The notes under the pieces were generated by a model. The model had not been told where the DNA came from, ran no database searches, and was given only the letters and a program-made list of their open reading frames with translations. Shown one piece after another: positions 53,313-64,000 of a stretch of 64,000 bases of DNA (the stretch's first letter is position 1; every line of letters starts with the position of its first letter). The translations under genes were made by a program, and so were the position numbers. Location of the stretch: assembly GCF_009914755.1 (NCBI RefSeq), contig NC_060925.1. One strand, written 5' to 3'. The DNA comes from the human T2T-CHM13v2.0 reference genome, Homo sapiens.

Positions 53313-54189
53313 TACTCTTGCAGAAATTCTAAAATGTACATCTAATTAGAGAGTTTACTTTCTATAATATTGAATTAACTGAACTGTACCTACTGGTAAA
53401 AATGTGGTAGATGATGCTATTTATATCATTACGCACTGTCCACATGGGATCCCCAGGAAGAAATTTTTCTCTGAGCTTAGTAGTAATCACATTTTCACTT
53501 CTCAGAATCTGACCTGCCTGTATCTTTAGGCCCTCATTGACTAAAATACCCACCAGGTTCACTTCTTTATGCTGGTGGTTAGAAAGCTTTCAGTGGAATT
53601 TGTGACCCATCTGTAACAGTGTGTAGACCATACATTGTGTTCCTGGCCACCTAATGGTAATCATTTTATCTTATTCCTATATCCATCTTTTGATTGGTTC
53701 TACCTTTATTATATATATCCTTCCAAGCTGCCTTCTATCCCTTCTGCAGTACAATGGTACATAAATGAAAACCATAAAAATGTAAGCAGAGAGATATGAT
53801 CCATGCCCACAATGTGATTGCCTTCTTCAAAGACATTGTAGGCAAATGTCCAGGGTTTCTAAAGCTTTATATAATACGAGAACATTGGGCTAAAGAGTGA
53901 ACACTTTTGAGTACAGCAGACTAACACTATCTCTCATCATTAAAAGGCGATCTTCGTGCTGCTCAAATGTAGCTTTCATAATACACTGCCTTGACACAGT
54001 CTAGCAATACAATTACAGGAATCGATCCTTTTTTCCAACAGGTTACAGTCCTAAAATGAAGAGGGCCTACTATGAAAACATTCATGAAAAGTGAAATCTT
54101 TCATTATTGGTATCTTCTTTTTACCTGGATTTATTCACTTCCTTGGAGCAGTAGAGAATGACTAAATACATCAGATAAAGATAGGCTAA

Positions 54190-54610
<421 letters not shown>

Positions 54611-54784
54611 TAAGAAGCAGCTTTTGAGCTCTTAAAATTCCTATTATTGAACTGTAGAATTAGATTTTCAGTTATATGTAATTTTGTTTTAAAAAGAAGC
54701 ACAATTACTATCTTACTTAAAAGAAAACATTTTCAAAACTATTTTGCATCTTGTTCCTTTTTAATGTGTTCTGAAGGCAATGTA

Positions 54785-55108
54785 TTTTATTTTACTTTAA
54801 TTAATTTTTTTAGAGACAGGGTCTTGCTATGTCACCCAGGCTAGAGTGCAGTGCTGCAATCACAGCTCACTACAGCCTCAAACTCTTGGGCTCAAGCAAT
54901 CCTCCTGCCTCAGCCCCTCAAATGGCTAAGACTACAGGTACGCAACCACCACTCCCAGCTAATACTTCTATTTTTTTTTTTTTTTTTTTTGGTACAGACA
55001 GGGTCTCACTACGTAGCCCAGGTTATCTTGAACTTTTAGCCTCAGTGATCCTCCTGCCTTGGCCTCTGAAAGTGCTGGGATTACAGGTGTGAGCCACTGT
55101 GCCCAGGC
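54785..55108 (-). mobile_element. AluJ
   Basis: Full diverged dimer. Confidence 0.94.
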
Positions 55109-55319
55109 CTGAAAGTACAGTCTTTTAAAAAATCTGCCTCCAATTTCTTTCTTCTAGCCAGGGTCTAAGTGTGAATGCTTTTCTTCAAGCAGAGTCTTTC
55201 AACTATAGCAAATAAGGCTACTTGTCAAACTATTCTTATAGACAAAATATTTTCAAAAATATTTTCAGTACAAATTAATTTACCATGCTGTTTTTATCTC
55301 AGATTTGATATTTTCTTCA

Positions 55320-55772
<453 letters not shown>

Positions 55773-55977
55773 TTAACCTCAACAGATACCTGTTTTCTTA
55801 AGAATGCTGGGTATGTACCCATGGAAGAGTGTCTGTTCCAAGTGATAAGAAGGGATCTGTGTGTGTTGGCTGTGGACTGGGACTGTCCCTTAGGGACTGC
55901 TAATGTTTGATCTGGTGAGTAGCAATCACAAGTTTGAGGGAAATTTTCCCTTGGATATGTAAACTCCTAGATTTACC

Positions 55978-56117
55978 ACATATATACATATACCTATATA
56001 TATATGAATATATATATGAATATGTATGTGAATATATATGTGTGTATATATACACACACACACATGCATGTACACATATATACATATACATATATGTGTA
56101 TGTATATATATGTATGT
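55978..56117. repeat. Compound (TA)n/(CA)n/(TG)n microsatellite
   Basis: Seen directly in the sequence. Confidence 0.95.
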
Positions 56118-57189
56118 AAAGTAAAACAGAATAGTTATATCCAAAGAAAAAAAAATCTGAAAAGAATCATTCAAAACGTGCGAGACACACTGTACTTAAA
56201 ATGTACTTGAAGGCTTGTTTCTGTAAGGGTTGCCTAAACATCCCTAGGCTCTACTCTTCAGGAATCTTATTTCCAGGCACAGTGTCCTGGAGCATTTGCA
56301 ATTTTTCAATTGGAACTCTCAGCACTTTACTTTAAAAATAGTCTAAAGTCAGAAACTGAAATAGTGATCTATTTTTCAACCCCCAAATTGCTCCTTAGTC
56401 AATATAACGCTGAACATTTCTGAACAAAGGATTCTTAAGGCTGGCTGTGGTTCAGGCAAGTCCTAAACTTATTAAGGGTAAAATAAGTTATTCACAAAAG
56501 AAAAAATATATAGTCTATTCTCAGTTGGAGAAAGATCTATTTTCCCCCAAAACTGAATTATGTATTAAATCAGTTCAAATTTTATTTTGGACCATTAATC
56601 TGTAATTTAACATAGTTGTTAAAATAAATGGATGTTTCAGTCTATTTTATGTCAAGTTGTTTACTAGAAAAATAATTCAATGGGTAGAACATTTAAAATA
56701 TTGTTTTCCCTGTGTGCTTACTTACAAATGGATACATGTTGTACTCTTGGCAAAATTTACTTGTTACATTTTAACAATGTAATTGCTGACAATAAACACA
56801 TTAGTACAAAACAATTTCTATATCTTAAATCACAACTATATTCCTCCTGCCACTTTTAGTAGGATAATGAATATTTCTATAACTAGTTTTTAACAAGTTT
56901 CTAAAATATTTTTAAGCCCATACGAAAGAAAAAAAAGGCTTATGGAATTTTTCTTTAAGAACTACATATTATATTTCACAAATAAAGCTAAACAGAAAAA
57001 TGCAGATCAACATTACAATTCGCAAGTATTGAGCATTTAATGACCTCCATTTCTAGAATCCACTTCTTAGAAGATGCCACCAGTTCATATTGACCCATTA
57101 TACATGAAACTTCTGCCTGTAGGATTGCAGTTGACAAAGCCTGAAAGACCACATTCTAGAAGGTACTGCTAAGCTTCATTTGTCCTTAC

Positions 57190-57322
57190 CATAGCTGACT
57201 GCCATCAAATTGCCATCCAGAACTGCTTTTGGGAAGCAGTTCCTCCGCAATCTTTTCAACAGATTCCCTGTTTTAACATCCACCTGTGTTACTGAAGAAC
57301 AGTCTGACCCGGATTGAGCCAT
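57190..57322 (-). CDS. Candidate coding part of a first exon: MAQSGSDCSSVTQVDVKTGNLLKRLRRNCFPKAVLDGNLMAVSY, then a phase-1 donor; gene not identified
   Basis: ATG at 57322 (+4 G) stays open for 44 codons into ATG|gtaagg; the other two frames close; unique sequence with retained CpGs; downstream of a TATA-like element. Confidence 0.4.
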
Positions 57323-57544
57323 GGAGCAAATAATAACACTAACTGCAGCTCCAGACAGAAAAAAAAATAGGAGTTCATTTTCCAGACTCTTGTGGGAATA
57401 CAGAGCATGTCTGCTGAAACCGAATCCAAGAGTTCAATGATACTGTAGACTCAAGTATTTCTTTATATTCCACGTAATAGCTTTTCCGTTCTTGGTGTTT
57501 TATAACACACTTCTGAGCCATGATTCAGAAAGTGAGGGAAATTC

Positions 57545-57720
57545 TCTGTCTTTCTCTCTCTCTCTCAAGTTGAGTTATATAAAAATTACAATTGTAAGGT
57601 GAAGCTCTAACAGAAGGCCACAGGAGTTGCTATATGTACTGTTCTCACTGACCCATCACTGCAACTTAAGTCAGTTCATGTGGACTTTCTTTGAGGGAAC
57701 GCCATTTCTTTAGGCATTAA
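57545..57720 (-). promoter_or_regulatory. Candidate TATA-type proximal promoter (TATATAA 57581-57575; HNF4/nuclear-receptor-like AAAGTCCA at ~57681-57688)
   Basis: Motifs lie upstream of the candidate exon; the same tract also reads TATAAAAA on +, so orientation rests on the splice donor. Confidence 0.35.
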
Positions 57721-58799
57721 ATCTAAACTTCTTTCCTTTGGGTTTTGTTTTGCTTCATTTTTGCCAGACTCTACAATCCGCCCTAGAAAGCCTGAGTATT
57801 ACATCTTCATTCTGTCATTTTCAACCCTGTTTTCTCTCTTGACAAGGATAGACATGTTATTTTGCTGATATCACTGTTGAGTTGTATGAGGCCTTCTCCC
57901 TTTATGCAGGGGCCACCAGAGTAATCAGTTTTATGTAGCTGCCACTTCATACTACTGTATCCTAACAGCAGACATGCTAGCAATTCTCTTCAGTTTAATT
58001 CAATAAATTGGCCACATGGGTCTATTTATTAGCTGATATTGGCCTCCAACATCTAATATAACAAATATTACCGAAAAGAAATAGGGTTGAAACTATACCT
58101 AAGATTACAGAGGGAAATAGTCAAGCATCTGAGGAAATGATCTTGTTTTTCCCTGCTATTAAAAAACTTAACTGTAAAAAACACTGTATGTAGTTCTATA
58201 GACGGCATGCATCATCAGGCTGTGAGTACAGACACGGAGATGGTTCCTTTAAATAAACACAGGTGTCAGGACGCTTAAGCATGTAAATGGAGGTCACACC
58301 TTATTTTTTCTGTAAGCTTAAAGTCTTAAAAAGTCGTGGTCTGGATCAACAGGAGCAGGGGCTGTATCAAGGCATGGTCCATTCCCTGCTCCGCATTTGG
58401 CTGGGAAAGACTTGGTCCTTGGCTGGATCTAAAAAGTGCCCTAAAAAAAAAAAGCCCTACTTTATAGCAGTGAATAGTAAACTGGAGATAGCATGTTGGA
58501 ATACAAGTCTTGAGAGAAGGTGGAATCCTCTATGAAAAAGAGAGAGCCTCAGAGAGGGGAGACAAGAACCCAAGAATCACAAATGTTTTGTTTCTCTGCA
58601 AGAAAGAATGCCAAGGTGCAAGACTATCCCGTTCTCTTATTCCAAGCTGCCCTCATGTAATGAATGCTCTCAGCCACTCACTCGAATACGTTTCTTTTGA
58701 AATTAGAAGTAAAACCTAACACTTATGTTGCCAACTTAAAGAGGGTTGGTTGTATTTAAGAGCACACGGATATTAGCCTCCAACAGTTTTAAAGAAGCT

Positions 58800-59020
58800 A
58801 AGAACTGACATTTATCCAGGACCCACTATGTGCCAGGGCTACCTACCATGTTTCCTCATTTGAATTCCATAACCACCCATGGTGGTGTGCATTATTATGT
58901 TTACTTTATAAATGTGAAAGTTGGAGCCCAAAGATGAGGAGTAATTTGTTCAAGGCCACACTGTCTAGAACATGGAGCAACCAGGCCTGTCCAATTCCAA
59001 AAGCCACGTTCTATCTCAAA
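58800..59020 (+). mobile_element. MIR
   Basis: cactatgtgccagg...ctcatttgaattccataaccaccc...taatttgttcaaggccacac. Confidence 0.75.
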
Positions 59021-59369
59021 AGCTTCTTTTAGAATATTTGATACAGTCCTCATAGAGATTTATGAAATAGAATTTTATCTTGAGAAACTAAGAAACACAG
59101 AAGAGAAGCTTTCCTCATCACTACATCTGGATCCAATAAACTTAAAAATATTTTTTTAAGATACATTACATTTGGTTTCTTTCTCTTTTTAAATTTGTAG
59201 TCCAAATTATCCCCATCCTCTCAGCAAAATGAAATAGTAACCTCTATGATAAATTATGAGATTATCTATAATGTGAAATCATCATGAAGTCCAAAGAGAA
59301 AAGAAATGAAACAACTATTATGTTTTAAAACTTGAAATATTCAAGAAGGATACATATAGAATATACATT

Positions 59370-59572
59370 TTTAAAAAATTAATTTTTTAATTAACAAAAA
59401 TTGTGTATGTTTATGGCATGCAGCATTATGCTTTGAAATATGTATACATTGTGGAATGGCTGAATCAGGCATATGGCTTACCTCATATACTGATCATTTA
59501 TTTGTGGTGAGAACACGTAAAAATATACTCCTTTAGTTTTTGAGTATACGAAGCACTGTTATTACATATAGA
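59370..59572 (-). mobile_element. L1MA 3' end fragment
   Basis: tgaaatatgtatacattgtggaatggct...ttacctcatatact...tgtggtgagaacac. Confidence 0.85.
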
Positions 59573-61832
59573 GAACAGAATATACTATAAACATTCATAA
59601 AGGGCAAGCTGAAAAAATTACATTCCTTTATTTCATGGTAGTTTTAAATTTTTATATTAAAAACTATTATATTAAAGCTTTAAAATAAAATGCTATATTA
59701 CAAGGGTCTTTATGACTCAAAGAGAAACAAGGAAAATTAGAGTATATTTAATAAAATTTAAAGGAAAGCTCTTTTATTTGAAATATATAAGAAGAAAAAC
59801 ACATTATATTTCTTTAAGAGACTTTAGACCTTCCTCCTTGAGTTTTTGTTTTTCATGTGTCCACTTTTTAAATGTTTCCATTTCCTCCACACACATATTT
59901 CTGAAGAGTTATGAGCAGGAAGTTTTCTCACGTATTTTCCCAAGTAGAAAGGCCTCCAGCTGCACACAGACTTTCCCATTGCCCCAGTATTAAAGTTCTG
60001 GGTAAAATTTTAATTACTAATTTAGGAAAGATGAGACATTTTAAAATTTAATACAGTTTGCCCTTTTTACAGACCATGTAGAATAAAGCCTCAGTATGCT
60101 TGAAAAAATCTCTTAGCAACTGAGAGCGGAGCTGGCCAACAATGGATGATTCATTGATTTAGCTTGAGTGTGCAGGAATGTCTGCCAAAAGGTCTGAATA
60201 AACTCACATTGCTAGACACTATGGTAAAATGTACCCTGACCTCTTTTAAAACTCTATCAGAGCGGAAAGTTAAACTTGCAGCTTTCCAGCAATTCACTGG
60301 CATCTGGAAACACACTTGAATTATAATATCTTGCTTTTATAACAATCGATAGATTATTATTTTCACCTAATTAGACAATGGCTGCTACTAATTGGAGGTT
60401 TCTAAGGGGACACCACCGTGCTTTTAAGCACTAAAAATAATGGTTTCCTATTCAATTTAAATCTGAAAGGAGGCTTTTTGAAATCCCAAACTGAAAGAAC
60501 TGATTGTTGGTTTTTGGTAATATTGACCCAAGGGTTATGAAACATTACCCTAAACAATAATTTGTGCATTTAAAATTGGTAAACATTATGTAACAGATAT
60601 CCCATGTCTCTAAGTTTATGCATACATGTAAAGATTATATATACCAGGACATCCTAGCTTATATTTATATAAAATTCAAAAAGCTCGGCTCTTTTGGTTA
60701 CATCTATCATTTGTCTCCTCAACATCCTTTTTAGGGGCAAGTATTATTTCTCCTGCTTTAGAACTGGAAGACCACGCATGTGGAATTTTAAATTGTTGGC
60801 TTGCATTCATAGGTATTCAAATCAAGTGCAGGCCCGGGCTTACAAATGGATATTCTAGTTTAAAATTGAGTATTAGACGCATTGCACTACTTTATCACTC
60901 ACAACTTCAGCAGCTATAATAAAAATAATCCATGAAACCAAATCCTTGTTTCCCAGTGGTGAACAAAGATATACTTCCTGGTTTCTTTTGCCCTTCACAA
61001 ATGTAAGCATAGAGCATGGAACGTTCTGCCTTGAAAGAGCTGTGCTTTTGTCTGCTTTACTTCTTCTTCCTCATCTTTCCCCTTACCTTTTTCTCCTTCT
61101 TCCTTTTTTTTTTTATCTTTTTGTGGTAAAATATTCAGGATTAACTGAACAATTCTCTGCTCCACCCCAGAGGTAACCATGTTTATCAATTTGAAGTACT
61201 CCTTTTCATATTGTTTTGTGGAGCATTTCCATGATTAAATGAACACATAAAGGTATATCATTTTGATTTACATGTTTTCCCTGTTTAATATATTATCACA
61301 TATTGTTCTATAACTTACTTTACAAAAAAAGTACTTCTTGGAAATCTTTTCATACCTGTACATTTGAATCCATTTCATTTTTAAAATTGCTAAAAAGTAT
61401 GTCACAGTGTTAGCTTACTTTCTGAAATGGGGCAAGTTATACACATCCACTAAAAATACAGCTGTTCTTCCAGAATAACCTAGATGGTCATATAGAACAA
61501 AACAGCATATGGAAAAGTACAAATGAGTGAAGAAATTTAGCCTATTTTTTTTAACTTACTTCACTCTTGACAATTATATGTATCCAATAGCACCAGAGGC
61601 AATGAATGGGCTTGTTACATTGGATGCTAAAATCCAAGTAGTAAGACGAATATGATGGGGATCTTGCCAGAAAGGGGCCTTGTCACTTGGAGCAGAGGAG
61701 TAGAGAGCTTTATGGGTCAAAGCTGAATAGAACACACATGGTTCCTGCCCTCATGGGGGTAACAGTCTAACTCTTAAAGACCTTCCAACTTCACCCCTCC
61801 TTTCCATTCCCACAGTAACTGATAGTCTAGAC

Positions 61833-62056
61833 CAAACTTGTCCAACCCACAACCTGCATGCCACATGCAGCCCAGGATGGCTTTGAATGCAGCCGAACAC
61901 AAATTCACAAACTTTCTTAAAACATTATGAGATTTTTTTGATGATTTTTTTTTAGCTCACCAGCTATTGTTAGTCTTGGTACATTACATGTGTGGCCCAA
62001 GACAATTTTTCTTCTTCCAGTGTGCCCCAGGGAAGCCAAAAGATTGGACACCCCTG
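61833..62056. mobile_element. MER30 (hAT-Charlie MITE) inserted in an L2
   Basis: cttgtccaaccc...aaaagattggacacccctg termini; 8-bp TSD gtctagac / gtccagac. Confidence 0.92.
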
Positions 62057-62667
62057 GTCCAGACTTTCCACATTTCTGGTGTGAACTATTGCAGGAACCC
62101 CTATGTGGTTTTCTTGAGTCTAGTGTCTTGAACTGCTAATCCACAGCAGAGATATTCCCAAAGAGAAAGATCTGATCATGTCACTGCCCAAATGAAACAC
62201 CTTCATTATTTTCCCTTAAATGACAATACAGGACAAAGTGTAATCATCTCAACCTGACATTCACAGTCTAACTTCCCAATTTTTCTCCTGTTACTTTAAG
62301 TTCTAGTCACATCAAACTTCCTACTGGTCTGTGGAGATTCTACGTCACACTTCTATGCTTTTTCACATACTGCCTAAAACGTTGTTTACCTTTTTCCACC
62401 TGGATCTCCTGCTTGTTGCTCTACACCGGCTTCAACATTGCCTCTTTGGTAAAGGGCTACCTGACTTCCACAGCAGGGATTTACTTCTTCTGTGCTCCCA
62501 AAGCAGGTTGCATTCACCTCTATAATGGCATTTCATGCTGTTTCAGCATTATTTGTAATGCATATATAAGTTTTCAACTTTATTTATAAGAAATTGTACA
62601 TATTAGTTAAAAATCAATTGTGAAGCACCTACCTATGCTAAAGTTTTTGTCAAATCTTAAGTTATCA

Positions 62668-63120
<453 letters not shown>

Positions 63121-63165
63121 TTAAAATGTAATAATGTTTATCTCTTTTTGAGAAAAAGGAAATGA

Positions 63166-63493
<328 letters not shown>

Positions 63494-64000
63494 TCAGGTA
63501 CTGAGTATAATTGAGTTTAAAACACATAATTTGAATAAATTTTTAAAGATGACTTTGTAGTAGTTGGCTTGACCTAGTCCTAAGAATACTTTGATTCTCA
63601 ATTTTACCTAAGTTTGTATCATAAATAATTCTTTGCTTCCCTGCTAGAATGCCAAAGTATACAAGCCAATGAGAAATATCCCCCTGCTTCTGGTGGAATA
63701 TGAACCTATAAGAAGCAGGCATTCTGATGACAGGTGTGGGAAAGAGGGAGGGAGACAGTATAAAAGGGTAGAGTCAACCATCAAAGAACTCGTAGGCTGT
63801 TGTAGATAGCACTGTTCATCCATGGAGCTGAGATGATGTCTTGAGACCCAACTCTACCCAAGCATATTCTTCATAGGTCCACTGACTGAGTGTCTTGGCG
63901 GGGATCCTGACCAGCTATCTTAGTCTAGCCCACAAGTTATCACAGCATCACAAAAAACACTGCAGTGCATATGAAAACATTTAACCACTGTCATCCATGA

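Noticed and set aside
55900-56210. Tyr/Ile/His-rich ORFs
   Set aside because: Artefacts of the TA/CA microsatellite.

Overview
Primate (very probably human) AT-rich, CpG-depleted, repeat-rich genomic DNA. No multi-exon protein-coding gene, tRNA, rRNA or CRISPR array can be supported. Much of the window is transposon-derived: the 3' end of an L1PA, older L1M/L2/MIR pieces, an ancient RTE-clade (L4-like) LINE, about 18 Alu/monomer insertions, a near full-length Tigger1, MER6, MER30, several MaLR LTRs, a complete MST provirus (38.5-41.0 kb) and a decayed ERV1 provirus (43.4-52.8 kb; gag, pro and env remnants with a MER31-like 3' LTR). The best host-gene signal is a candidate TATA-driven first exon on the minus strand (~57.55-57.19 kb) with a uORF and a 44-codon ORF open into a strong donor; most of the window would then be its intron. 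I cannot name the gene. The most unusual observations are: (i) a ~1.2 kb TSD-flanked, poly(A)-tailed retrocopy of a non-coding host transcript ending at an MLT1 LTR poly(A) site, inserted into the ERV protease; (ii) three ~110-bp local duplications, one inverted and two direct, one with clear microhomology junctions; (iii) a 26-bp minisatellite with a higher-order duplication. Repeat family names come from recalled consensus sequences and need Dfam/RepeatMasker confirmation. Boundaries are approximate unless TSDs are given.
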